A DNA stretch of 62,479 bases, filler included, from Globobulimina sp. (GCA_003354225.1; 19 parts of 19 records of this genome joined end to end with filler, not necessarily neighbours in it), one strand, 5' to 3'. Counted from the first letter of the whole stretch, positions 34,264 through 47,309 are shown. Notes: generated from the letters alone by a model not told the origin. Made by a program: numbers and translations.

Positions 34264-34466
34264 AATATTTTCAATTCAACTTCTGATAAAATACTATTAC
34301 TCTTTGTTTTGTTTAACTTGCATCAAAATTAAACTTAATCTTAGTAAAAAACTTAAAAGAAAAAATTTTATTGCAAAGGGTTCAACTACTTCCTAAACCA
34401 TTATTTATTAGTTTCCACTTAATCAACCACAGACAACGATAATCGAATTAAACACTTATACAAAAT

Positions 34467-35652
34467 ATGTATTCACTCGAATATGTGGCTTATACCGCAT
34501 TATTAACAATTTTCCCCGTTGGCACGCTCATATTAATAATTTTACAATTCCTTGCAGACAAATATGGACAGCAACAAATTAAAGACAAAACTGCCAAAAT
34601 ATTGTTATATGGTGTCTATATATCTGCATTTATATGCACTTGCTTTGGTTTTTCATTGCACACTATTGCCTATCCATTATGGTGTACAGTGTATGGTATG
34701 CCGCCATGTTTTGCTGTGCTTGGATCCACCAAAGGATTCTTATATGTATTTTTTTTACGCCGTGCGAAAAGTGCACATGCCGGCCGCGGCAATGTTTGTA
34801 TGAGTAAAAGATTAAGAAAATTATTATTTGACAAAATCGGTCCTCTCTATATATTTATTTATTGGGCAATATATGTGATATCAGCAACTTCGGTTTTTAC
34901 GGGCAAACCTGTTGAAACCAGCACAAATACACTGGTAACGAGATGTTTATTTGATTCATGGAAGTGGTGGTTCGTTATATTTGCAGATTGTGTTGATTTA
35001 TTTAATAGTATTACGACATTGATGTTATTTTTGGTTCCGTTGCTAAAATCCATCCGTAAATTAGAAACAGATGATACTGTCAATAATCGCTTATTGACAA
35101 AATTTATTGCGGCCATGAAATGGAATGTTGTTTTATCATTTATTGCAACAATGTCTTCTGTTAAGATCTTATATAATTTATTCTGACACTTAAGTTCCTT
35201 AAGTTTCTTAAGTTCCTTAAGTTTCTTACATCTGACTATGTTGTTTTGTTATTATAAATTGCAATTTATTTTGTATTACATAGGTAATCACATTAATCGC
35301 ACTGCCCAACGTGAAGGCGTATGCGTGGCTCTTTTGTGTTGGAGACCCATTCGTGAATTCAGTTTGTGTGTTTTTGATGATGGCTACAAACCGAAAATTT
35401 ATAAAAAACAGATGTCGCCGTTTTCAAATTCAGCATTCATTTGAAAGTGAATTAAAATCAAAAACAAAAGCCACCTCTTATGATATGGGTGATATTGACA
35501 TTGCTCCCGATATTGGAAATGTAGAAGGTGTTTTATCAGAGTTTAGCAAATCTGACGATCAGAATTTAAGAGTTGAACGGCTCGTCACATTGCCATTGCC
35601 ATTGCCGTATCAATCTCATTCATTGCCATTGTATGACGTATTACCGCATTAA
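34467..35652 (+). CDS. 7TM GPCR-like protein, exons 34467-35159 and 35284-35652
   Basis: Intron 35160-35283 (GTTAAG..ATAG) joins the ORFs in frame and gives seven hydrophobic segments, with DPFVNS in TM7. Confidence 0.75.
35189..35228. repeat. Intronic tandem repeat of CTTAAGTT(C/T), about 4.5 copies
   Basis: cttaagttc-cttaagttt-cttaagttc-cttaagttt-ctta. Confidence 0.85.
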
Positions 35653-36247
35653 AACGTGTATATAATATTATTATATATTATGTAAAAAACAGATGACTAA
35701 TTATATATTATAGACTGGTTTAATAATTATTACACAAAAAAAATAATTACGTAAACTGGTCGCGTCTAAATCGCTCCTAAATATTTTTTTTGTTCTTTTT
35801 TTTGTTTTTGTGTGTATTAAAAATGTGATAAATATATGTATTCTTTATAGCCCAAAAAATAGAAGCACCTTTTTTTGTAATTTGTGTTTTGCTTTTTGAG
35901 TGTCAAAATTCTGTTTTTTTTGTTTCTATTTTATTAAATAAAACAGTTCTGGGTCTAGCTAAAAACAGCAAATAAAGTTACTTTTATGGCGTTTTTTGGT
36001 AATAAAATATTTGATTAGAAATCCAAATCTGTGCTATTTCCGATATGCCAAGTACTTTAGAATATGACCTGTTTAAAACACATTGTTTTTAAAATCCGCA
36101 AATTCGCAAGTCGTTTTGTTAGGAGATGGTGATGACCTCTCCATAGGNNNNNNNNNNNNNNNNNNNNNNNNNNNNNNNNNNNNNNNNNNNNTTAATTAAT
36201 TAANNNNNNNNNNNNNNNNNNNNNNNNNNNNNNNNNNNNNNNNNNNN

Positions 36248-37078
36248 CATATGCACGCAACGCAGATAGAACCGATGGCGACCTCTACCCAAACACTACC
36301 GGATAAATCCACCAAATCCTCGTCAAAATCCAAGCATTGCAGCATGAAACGACCGTATTCCGCGACCTTCGCGACGTCGACCCGGAAAATTGCGATTTTG
36401 ACCAATTTGGAAAATACGCCGCCACCAATATTGCCCTCCTCTGTACGGGCACATGCCTTTAAACCGCAGTTAAAAGCCAAAGCGGTGCGGTTTTTCATGT
36501 CGCCCAGTAATAAGAGCCAGGATGTTGGCAAAGGGATAAATGGCGGCAGTGGCGTTGGGATGCATTATTTTCGGAGTTATGATAAAATAAAAGGTCGCAA
36601 ACGACATAGGTCGTCGTCTGCCAATTCATTGGAGTTACCGTTGCCAGTTAGTATTAATAATAATATTTTAACTCCGCGGAGTATATTACGGTTGGGGAGC
36701 AATGCGAGATCCACCGATGAAATGTTTAAGTCATTGACACCAAAATATGCAAAATCTATGAAATATATTAAATCAATCAGTCCAAACAATATTAATATGC
36801 TGAATTATAAGAAAAGCAAGAATAGTGATGGTGCTATGTTGAGAACTAAATCGAGCGACAATGCGCCTGCAAGAGGCAAAATGCATAGGATCTCACCCAA
36901 ACAATTTATATCACCGTATTCTAGGTCGCATGGCCATGATGTTACACTTTTGCAAAGGAACGATACCGGCAATACCAATGCCAGTGCGATTACTATACCT
37001 ATACATGAGGAGAAAAGTAGTAGTGACAATCAACAGCGTTTTAAATTTGACCATCAAGTCATTCAAGAAACAAAATAA
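36248..37078 (+). CDS. Basic, Ser-rich disordered C-terminal fragment
   Basis: 275-aa ORF from the contig edge. No domain recognised. Confidence 0.55.
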   Translation, partial: HMHATQIEPMATSTQTLPDKSTKSSSKSKHCSMKRPYSATFATSTRKIAILTNLENTPPPILPSSVRAHAFKPQLKAKAVRFFMSPSNKSQDVGKGINGGSGVGMHYFRSYDKIKGRKRHRSSSANSLELPLPVSINNNILTPRSILRLGSNARSTDEMFKSLTPKYAKSMKYIKSISPNNINMLNYKKSKNSDGAMLRTKSSDNAPARGKMHRISPKQFISPYSRSHGHDVTLLQRNDTGNTNASAITIPIHEEKSSSDNQQRFKFDHQVIQETK

Positions 37079-37138
37079 TACTTTTTTTTTTATATAAGTA
37101 AACTATTTTTGTTGCGAGTTGAAAAGTGCATATTAGTG

Positions 37139-37853
37139 TCATTCTGTTTTGTGATCATCTTGATTTTCAACTGATTGTTGAATATTATTAATGTCATCAA
37201 TATGCTGTTTTACAAACTGCTGTGTTTCTTTAAACTTGTTATGTTTGGCATCTCCTAATAATTGAAATACCATAGATTCAGATGTGGTCAATACAGCACC
37301 ACATTGATTTAATCTTTTCATAGCAATATCTTTATCCACAGTTCTTTGTGAATCAATTGCATCAACACATAAATGAACGTTATATCCTTTTTTTAATAAA
37401 TCAAGAGCTGTTTGTAAAACACAAATATGTGCCTCAATCCCGGTCAATATTATGTCATTTCTATCTTTTAAACCTCCAATTTCAAGTAATTTAGTGTCAA
37501 CTTCATCTGTAATCATGGAAAATTTTGTTTTTTCAAATATTATTGTTTTTGAGCTTGCCAATTCATCTCTTGTTCTACCAAATGCTTTTGGATATTGTTC
37601 AGTAGCAATCACTGGAATATCCATTGCAAAGCTACAATGCATTAAAAACTTTGAAGAACATACAACACGTTCAATATGTGGTAGATGGGCACCCTTTTAT
37701 TTTGTATTTTGGTGCAAATGCACATGATTGTATTTGAATTAATTTATAACACATTAACTAAACAAATTTTCCCTGGATATCGCATAGCAATAATATTGAT
37801 GACTTGATAGTTGGTGTGTTCAACACTTTGCTTGCAATCGACGTGTACGCCAT
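37139..37853 (-). CDS. Isochorismatase-domain protein (ISOC/YcaC-like), exons 37853-37764 and 37693-37139
   Basis: LLCDIQGKF, TEQYPKAFG, KTKFSM and GIEAHICVLQTALDL. The 70-nt intron 37694-37763 (GTTTAG..AAAG) restores the frame. Confidence 0.92.
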
Positions 37854-39540
37854 TGATAAATTAAAGGCTTTCAGAAGTTTTTTATGACAACTACAAAATA
37901 CAAACCACAACAACCCAAACATCCTTTCTTCTTTACTCCAACTCTCACAATTCAAAGTTCGTCTGCAATTATGCAGAAATAGTAAGTTAATCTCCAAGAC
38001 ACATCATATGATTTTAATGATGATATCTTTAGAACCCGCTGAGTTTTATTGATGACACAATTCAATTATACGACTTCTCTTTCTTCTGATAATAAAACTA
38101 AACTTCCAACCTCTTTTATTTACCATCAAATTCATTTTATTATTGATTCGTTTTATACACAGCCAACCCAAATGGTCGACATTCTAGATTGAATTGCAAT
38201 ATTTCCATCCACCCCATCTAAAAATGTATGCTATTTTATTATGACATGCCATGTTTTAACAATGATGATACTCTGTTTTACCCTCCTGAGCAAAACTGCG
38301 TTGATGACGACCAAACCTTTACAACTACTCATCCCCTGATATTTCCTCATTTGCATTATCAGATATTATGACATTAATTTGTCCAAATCTATGTTACATT
38401 TTGCCTGCATTTGATTTGATTATATTTAGCTGAGCAATTATATATCATCGGAAAATTCTGGAATTTTATTACTAGCATCAAAAGAAACACTTATTATTAT
38501 TTAGGATAAATGGCTGATGGCGCAAAAGCAAAGAGCAATGTGGTATGTTTTTACATCTTAAATACAACTCTTATTTTTTAAAAGATGACCATTAGAACTG
38601 CTGTTGAATTAATTTTGTTACACCTTAGAACATGAAAAATCATTCCAACTGCTGATACAACAAAAATTGTTTTTCTTTTTTGTTTGTTTCGTCGACATGG
38701 GAATTAATGAATATTTTGCTATGTGTTTATTAAACAGATAAAGGTCTATTGATTTATCAATGGAGAGGTAAGCGAACATGGCATTATTCAACTTATGAAA
38801 TGAGCACATTGCGCGATTTAATGGTGATTGCAGACAAAAGTATGTTTTACACAGAAATTTAATCTGTTTTTTTTTACGTTTTGATGATCCATCTAATACT
38901 TTTCGAGTGAGTAGAGACATCTGAACTTTATTTATGTGGATGCTTTCGGATAATACTGATATTTTACAAGTGATTTTTGTTTATATTGTCATATTTTTGT
39001 GCTGGATTTATAAATGAAATAATATAACTAATAAATAGATGGTTTATGCGATGCAAGAATACAATCATCAAAACATGAAACTTTAATGATGACAAAGCAA
39101 GACAATGCGGCCAAAGGTATATTATATTAACAATGTTTATGGTTTATTTGAATGATGACAGAAAATACGTCAAGTCAGTTGAAACTGATATTGTTAAATA
39201 TGATTATTAACGCATTCCTAATGCTGACTTAAAACCATTTATTTCTTTCCCCTCTCTGCAATAATAAATCATTAAAACCTGTTTTTTATTTTAATAAACA
39301 GCAATAATACATTAATAATTAACGGACAAAGGTGTATGGCCCGGATGGATATTCTGAAGGTATGACACTAGCACTATACACTACATTTCTTTAATATGTT
39401 TTTGTGTTTTAAACGTGTCAGAATATTAAAATTGATGCTTNNNNNNNNNNNNNNNNNNNNNNNNNNNNNNNNNNNNNNNNNNNNTTAATTAATTAANNNN
39501 NNNNNNNNNNNNNNNNNNNNNNNNNNNNNNNNNNNNNNNN

Positions 39541-42500
39541 ATTATTCTCCTCGATATCCGATACACGCAAGAATGCATTCTCGTTGTTCTTTGCATATAT
39601 TTCCATTTCCTCCGCTTTGATGTCAAACTGGATGCCATAAATCACCGATAACAATACACAAAAGACAGCCACGCAAACTAATATAGTCCAAGCCATTTTT
39701 TTATACCAATGTGGAAATGGATAGTTATAATTAAATAAAATTAACCGGATTTCGGAGGCTAAACCGGCCTTTTCAGAGGCATTCGCTTTTGTGTTTACAT
39801 AATGCATACATTTACGGACTAATTTCATGTCGGGGCGGCTGGTCTTCTTTAATTCTGCCATGGCACTCCAATACGTGGTGGATAGCCTCTTTTTTGTTAC
39901 ATCTGTGTCATGCATTTGTCCAGTTTGTTTTAAATATTCTTCATCTTTTTCCTCCAAATCAATATTATCCATATTATCCATAGTGTCCATAGTTATATTC
40001 TCCGTGGTGGACGGTATCGGATCAGAGGTTGAATCCGTGATTAATGGTTGATTAAATCCCGGATTTGTGGATCCAGAGCGTGATTTGGCAGATTTTACAA
40101 TTCTAGGTTTACTCCATTGAAATAATACTCGTATAATATAAACAGGGACGGTACCAATTAAACTAATCAGTGCAGAAGCCGTTAAATCGCCGATTGGCTT
40201 TCTGGTCGTTTGATTGCCATAAAAAATTGCGTCCGCCATCATAATGCAATACATGTACAATAAAAATAAACCAATTCGTTGTTTGGTACTAAAGTTGGTT
40301 CCATCTGTACGTTGAAACACGGATAATACGGTATGATCATTTTTGAGATAGGTTCGAAATAAATTTACGGACAATAAACAATAATATTTTCCGGTTTTTG
40401 ATTTCCTTTTAACGTTAAAACCAGCGGTATTACGGTGAGAGACATGACTTGTTTGCGTTGGTGATATAAATAATGGTGAATTATTTACAAATTCACTATC
40501 TTCCGCAGCCATATTCTCCTTTAAATCTTGTTTAATATGTTCAATTTTGGTATACCATCTGTCAATTTGTTGAATTTCATGCCATTGTTGGTGTTTATGT
40601 AAATATTGATCGCGGAATTCTTTATAAATAATATCTTCAAAGGCAATGATAGGTTTATCGGCATTATTATTTGGTACACAGATACAAGCCACGACTAAGA
40701 CCACCACAATCATCAACATGGTGACCCAGGTGGTTGGATGTTTGCCGATATTGGCTTTCGACAATATTCGTAAATCTGCAGTGCTCAATAATTGCGCTTT
40801 GGGGTCAAAATCTTCCGCCGACACTTTAAAAGTTGTTAAATGCGTACAGGCACAAATCACACTGTCCACATCAACATCATACACCACACAGCCTGTCCCA
40901 TTCCATTCCGATTCCATTTTATCCCAAAATATGCATTTTGGATACGAAATACCGGAGGTATTGTACCAATCGCCTGTAATCGCAGCATCAAACACATTAG
41001 AATCACCATTGGCATTCACATATTTGGACGGCAAATTCATAGATATAAAATAGGGGAAACAACTATCATTGGTTTCAAATACACGCGTACCATCGGCAGA
41101 GAATAAATCAATGGCGACCTCATCATCCACATCGATCTTGGTAATTATACATTTTATGCTCTCTTGACTGGTAGCCGCATTATTCGGTGGTATGGTGACA
41201 GAAACACTGCCAAACTCACATACCTCGTCTTTATGGATTAGCGAGCCCTGAGTCTGCGACCCCTCCCTTACATGGATGATCACTTCGCCGTGCCAGGTGC
41301 CCGTTAATTCCACCTCCATAATGGATTGCACATTATCGATAAGTTGCAGTCTATCTGCAGCTGTGAAATTCGACACATTCAATAAATTGGTAGCCACACT
41401 GTCGGCAATGCCACCTACTTTTTGCACAGTTTCTGCCAACACACCAGTTTCATACTCGACCTCGCTATCCAAGAGCTCCAAGGTCGTGTTTAATACGGCC
41501 GGCAACCACTCGCTACTAATTTGCAATGCAAGCTCAGTATCCACAAATGTGGGATCAGAGGTTAATAAATCCACCAATGCAACATTGGCGGTAATGCCCT
41601 CTAAGGTCGTATTGGCATTGTCCGTATCTAAGTTAGTATTACTCATAATAGTTTGCAATGCATTTGCAATTTCTTGTGCGCCATCTTCGCCGGATGGCAC
41701 TTGATCCTCTGCCACCATGCTCGTCAGCAAACTGTAGGCAGCAATCACATCTTCGTTATTTGCGGAATGCAGATTGGACACAATGTCGGTCCATAATTGC
41801 TGCGGTGTAGTAGACGCCAAAATAGTCGTTAAATTATCCCAAGAAGCTGTAAAATTAACAAAGAAGACAGGAAAGCATTCCTCATACCTCGTACCAATGG
41901 CAGTTCTGGCGCGGACCAATGCGATTAATGAGTCAGTGGATAAGGATTGGGTGCCCACAATGGTATCATTGAACTCTTCCTGTCGGACATATTTATCTGG
42001 AGCTAATAATACGTCATTCATTAATATATTAAATTGGATCTCATTTCGTATTACGCAGGCACCACAACTGTCTGAACCACGATCAATTCGACCAATACTC
42101 GCAAAATTTGGACAATCTTTGCATTTATAGCCATCACAGCGAATCTCAAATTTACCAAATGCCATCGAGGAATGCTGGGTCACGCGACATCCGGTGGGTA
42201 GTCCTATGGCGCTGGTCTTTATTGGATCGGTGCTCCATGGTTCAATGTGCATAAAATTAAACGTAAAATCTTGTGCATGCGTAGTAACACCACTATATAT
42301 TTTTATATGTTGCAATAGTATACACAAACAACACGCAATTTCGCTAAAAAAGAAAAGAGAAAAAAAACACAAACAACATGCACATGAACATGGACAAAAC
42401 TTGGTGGCAATTAAAGTAATAACAGAGGAATGATTATAGCCAAATATCCACGGTTCGGAGGTGTCAACACAATATCCATTATGTAAGGTTCTATGAGAAG

Positions 42501-42733
42501 GGATCAATAACTGTGCCACTGTAACTTGTTGTACATTATCTGGCATATTTCCACAGGCTCTCCCTAGACACGCACAGCCGGTCCTCGTCTTCAAGGCAGT
42601 ATCAAACTTGCTGTTAATCGTAGCCATATCATCGCCATCAATCGCAAATGTGATATTCAAGCTATCATCGATAATATATCCCAACCCTTCTGTAATCACA
42701 ATGGAGATATGATTATTATTCATTATTTCAAGA
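39541..42733 (-). CDS. Polycystin-1 (PKD1/REJ)-like GPS/GAIN receptor, both ends truncated
   Basis: GPS motif CIFWD..W...GC...CACTHLTTF, then TM1, HTVLSVFQR...FSTKQR and YGIQF. Probable in-frame intron at 42293-42400. Confidence 0.8.
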
Positions 42734-42858
42734 NNNNNNNNNNNNNNNNNNNNNNNNNNNNNNNNNNNNNNNNNNNNTTAATTAATTAANNNNNNNNNNN
42801 NNNNNNNNNNNNNNNNNNNNNNNNNNNNNNNNNTTACAAGAAAAAAGCAATCTAAACG

Positions 42859-44105
42859 TTATTGCCCATCCAAATAAGCTTGACAGACTCTAGCAGCGGC
42901 CTGATAAATATATTAAAATTAATATAAGCAAACACAGATAAATATATTAAAAGTATACATGTACATACATAACACCCGGAAGCTACAGCACCTCCACCTC
43001 CAGCACACACAAGAAAACCAACACCTGAAAAACAGCTACCAACGATAGCAACTGAACCAGCCCCACATCCTACAGCAGCCACAATACAATCCCATTTCGT
43101 TGTAGCTAATCTTCTTCGGATATTTTCAAAATCAATACCTGAATATAAACAATGTTTTAATTGCAACCCAGACAACAACTCATCAATGTTACTATTATTA
43201 AATAAGACTCCTAAATGTGTATATTCCGCAGATAATGCATCAAGATCTGTGTTGACAAAGTTATCCATTGCCTGTGGACTAAACCTCGAATCCAAAAATT
43301 CATCGAATGTAATTATATCATGATTTGGATCAGTTTTGGCAAAAACATCAAACTCTAATCCTGCTACGCGTTTCAAATAGTTTTCTTTTGTGACAAAGCC
43401 TTGCTGGAAATCATCCAATTCAACAAAGGTAAGCTCCGCAACATACTCCCAAAATAATTGATCTTTGTACACTGTTGTGTTATAATTATACATTTCTTGA
43501 ATAACACCTTCAAATAATGGATGTATGATATTTCGCACAGATGATAACTCACTGATAATCATGAAATAAATAACAGCTTCTTTATATGACCAAACGTTGT
43601 CGTGATTTAAATCCATAAAATCAAACGAATCATATTCACCGCCTCCGTCCATTGATTCAATATAAAATCTAATAAATTCTTCTTTTGCCCATAAATCATC
43701 GTTATCTCCATCATATTCATTAAATATTTTCTTAATTCTCGAGATTTCACTATTATCGAATGTAAATGATGTACAATTTTCATCCATTAAACACTGCGTG
43801 GGATCCTCTAATATTGCGTTTGCCAAATCCTTTTTTTTGTATAACATATTTGTTGTATAACATATTTGTTGTATTAGGTTTGTTGCAGTTATACAAAACT
43901 AAACTTCGCTCTTTGCAGTGTTATTTGAATTAAAAAATAACTGATAACAAATAATAATAACTGTTACTGCCAAAACAACGGAGCAGACTGCAATTAATAC
44001 ACCAAATAAACGTCTGCTACCTTTTTTTCTTACCACATTTGCTGATATTTCTACAATTTCATCATCGTCTAATTCGACATTCGCGGATGTTTGAAGGTAA
44101 GACAT
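42859..44105 (-). CDS. Type II membrane EF-hand protein with C-terminal RRRL and a Cys-rich peptide; exons 44105-43905, 43829-42969, 42900-42859
   Basis: N-terminal TM, EF-hand-like loops DGDNDDLWAKEE, DLNHDNVWSYKE and DDFQQGFVTKEN. Two GT-AG introns join the ORFs in frame. Confidence 0.75.
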
Positions 44106-44177
44106 AGTATTGGATGGTATGGAGTGGAGTTACAAGTTGATTAAAAAATGTCAGAGAAACACAGGTTTTCTGGTCAA

Positions 44178-45778
44178 ATGCATCAAGTTATGCTGGTTTC
44201 GTTGTTGTGTTTGTGTCTTTTTGTGACCTGTTCCGTTGGGTTTCACCCAAAAGTAAATGGAAGACGGCTAACACATCGCGATTTAGGTCCAAATCGTCAT
44301 CAATACCACGTTTCAAAAATATTGGGTTCATCATTGGATTTTGCAGATATATATTCTGCTCAAAATGAATCTGCTGCAGATTATCCGATTACAATTATTT
44401 ATGTAACAGATTATGGCGCAGATCCAACCGGAATGACTGATTCCACTGCGGCCATAAATGCAGCAATTACTGAAGCACTTACAAGAGGCTCTAAAATGCC
44501 AAATGTCTCCCTAGGTTTGAATAGCATTATACATTGTTTTTGATTGCATATTGTTAATACCATAAAACTGCAGCAAACGGCATACATGATTGTGGTGGCG
44601 TTACTATTCATGTTTAGTTGCATAGTCAGTACAACTTCTATACGTCTGCGAGTTATATAATATATATGCAGTTAGGAGGTGGAGACTATTTAATATCCGC
44701 TCCATTGATTATACCTCAGTATTATGGCAATTTAAGAATGGTCCATGGCACGCTCCGCGCAGCAAAAGCATTCACGCCAAGAAACTCATATTTATTAATT
44801 GTGGGCGATGACAGTAAATCAAAATGCAACAATCCTCAAGGTTGCTGCAATGAAAACGTAGCTATAGAAAATATGATGTTTGATGCGTCGCATATCGCGG
44901 CTGGCTGTGTACGCGTTGTAGCTACGATGGGCTTCGTCGTTTCCACGCAAATGTTCTTCCTTGGCTTCAATGCAGCGGGTGTTACAATCTCTGGCGGCCA
45001 CGAGACCATGATCTCTGACGCTTGGTTTGGCGAATTCTTATATTCCTCAAATGCATATAAAACAGCAAAAGCAACAGGGATTCAGGTATTTGGCAACGAC
45101 CATTACATCACAAATACCATTGTGTTTTCGTCCAAGATTGGAGTGCATATCACCAATCCTGCCAATATATTGACCGGGGTTCATACTTGGAACATGAATG
45201 CAGGCGATGGCGGTATTGGTATCTTGTTAGAATCGACACAAACTCGGTTATTGGCGTGTTATTTTGATGGGAATGACTTAATTATTAAGGCTCCCATACA
45301 AACTGTGTCCGTCGAGGATGGATTTTTTCTGTTCAGCTCTCAGGTGGTCTTGCAAGCGAATGGTGGGTCGTCGGTGATTGATGGATTGAGCATTGTGGAT
45401 AATCAGTTTTTGTATGGCGGGACACAGCCAATTTTACGTTTGGACGAAAGTAATGGTAAATTTAGAACGGTGAAGCAAATGATGGTTCGGGATAATTTGA
45501 TACAAAGTGGGCATCGATATGTTCAGCCGCGAATATCGGATATGATTACTACGAGTAATGCCGTTGAGTATGTATTTGATTTTAAGGGACAGTTATTATT
45601 CGATGTTAATAATATACCGATTGCATGGATGGGTTATACTGTGCAATATAATGATAATAGTTTTACAGCGCATGCCTTACGAAGGCCGAATGGAACCAGA
45701 GTGGTTGTGGAGTTTGAAAAAGCAACATCAGCGACTGTATATTTGACTGTTGACCAATCTGTGTCTGCTTCCTACTGA
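44178..45778 (+). CDS. Secreted QRT3/pectate-lyase-3-like beta-helix polysaccharide-degrading enzyme; introns 44515-44573 and 44612-44671
   Basis: VTDYGADPTGMTDSTAA. The spliced sequence LANGIHDCGGVTIHLGGGDYLISAPL, then GGHET, GNDHY and GVHTWN, resembles QRT3. The start could be 44148, 44178 or 44190. Confidence 0.82.
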
Positions 45779-46498
45779 AAGGCGTTGAAATTATTTTATA
45801 ATTTATACATACAGTAATTCACAGTAGTATGACTAACAACTTTCGTCTGTGTAGTGATGTAGGAAACCAATGTAGCTGACTACGGATGTACTGTCTCGCA
45901 GTTACGCACTTACTTTACATTTCACAATTCTTTCGCCAAAAACTCCACTCTAAAATAATAAATCAGATCCATGGGAAATTCACGATCTTTGAATACAGAT
46001 GCATATTTTAACCTAAATACTTGGANNNNNNNNNNNNNNNNNNNNNNNNNNNNNNNNNNNNNNNNNNNNTTAATTAATTAANNNNNNNNNNNNNNNNNNN
46101 NNNNNNNNNNNNNNNNNNNNNNNNNCTTCCACTGTTTTTCTCTGAAAAAACAAATAGGCAAACAATATATTTACTGTTTACCCACTGCTTATTATGTAAA
46201 CACAGTGCAGTTGAATATTGCTTTTTTTGATAGGCAAAACATGGTGTACCCAAAAACATTTTGATATGATAGATATTGTGTTGGATTTGGTTGACAGTTT
46301 GTATGCTGAATGGTTGCAAACAAGAATTAACTGCGCATACTCTCGGATTAATGTACACTTTTTCTGAACAGATGCTCCATAAAAGAAAGAATAACTTTGA
46401 GTGTTTTTTATGTGATGAGTTGCATCCAAAGTGAAGGAGGAAATGTTTGTGTTATCTGGCTGTGGCTGTAAACATTTAATTGAAAGTGTGGAACATTA

Positions 46499-47215
46499 TT
46501 ACCATGGACACATTGCTTTTATAGCATCAAAAGAGAAACCGAAATATTTGTCAGTATTTGTGTAATGAATGCAGTCCTCTTCCATGTGACTTCCATTCAT
46601 TTCGATTTCAACAGATCCGGTTATCAAAGAGTCAGTATTTACATTCCCATCTAACCATTCTTTTATATTTAACTGCAAATGGTATTTTCCACCCAATGCT
46701 AAATCATCAAAGGAACCAGATTTTGGATGATATTTTTCTTCCATTAATTCCATTTTCCCAGTTTTGTCCACAGCGCCACACCCAATGGACATGGCGTTCC
46801 ATTCTGGCCAAATATATGTCACTGCCACATTCATTAACATAGCATCAGTATCTATTTCCGATGCAGTGAATATTCCAGCATAGCTCGACGTAACTTTTAA
46901 TATTCGCCCGTCTGAATCCTTCGTTAAATGAGATTGTGCATAATTTGCTTCAACTAATAGATCTTGCACTCGATGTTGACACATTGCATCAACATCGTAA
47001 GTTTGATTGCAATGACAAAATAAACTGAACCTGTTTCAATTGGTGGCATATACAATAATGGATAAATATGATGCTGTAAGATACTAATTGGTACAAACAC
47101 ATTATATTCACTTTGTACAGTTTCATGGATTATATCTGGAATTTGTGTCAACCATTTTGGAACACCAAAAAAATATTGTGTTTGCTTGGAGGAATTTGAA
47201 GGTGTCGTTGACATG
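46499..47215 (-). pseudogene. Hypothetical gene split over two overlapping frames (probable frameshift near 46990-47020)
   Basis: ORFs 46954-47292 and 46499-46984 overlap on the same strand with no evident intron. Confidence 0.4.
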
Positions 47216-47309
47216 CTACCTGAAGAAGTTTTGAACTTTTGAACTAAGGAGTTTCGATTAGACACTTCCACGCTAAACAACATCGCACACACAAACTCTC
47301 AACAGTATT

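Noticed and set aside
38000-39440. Possible gene(s) in the AT-rich stretch, including ORF 38618-38920
   Set aside because: No sustained frame or recognisable motif. It may be decayed coding DNA, but I cannot support a call.
45850-45882. GTAG-TGATG...CTGA-CTAC resembling a C/D box RNA
   Set aside because: Only about 30 nt, with an imperfect C box and no room for guide sequences.
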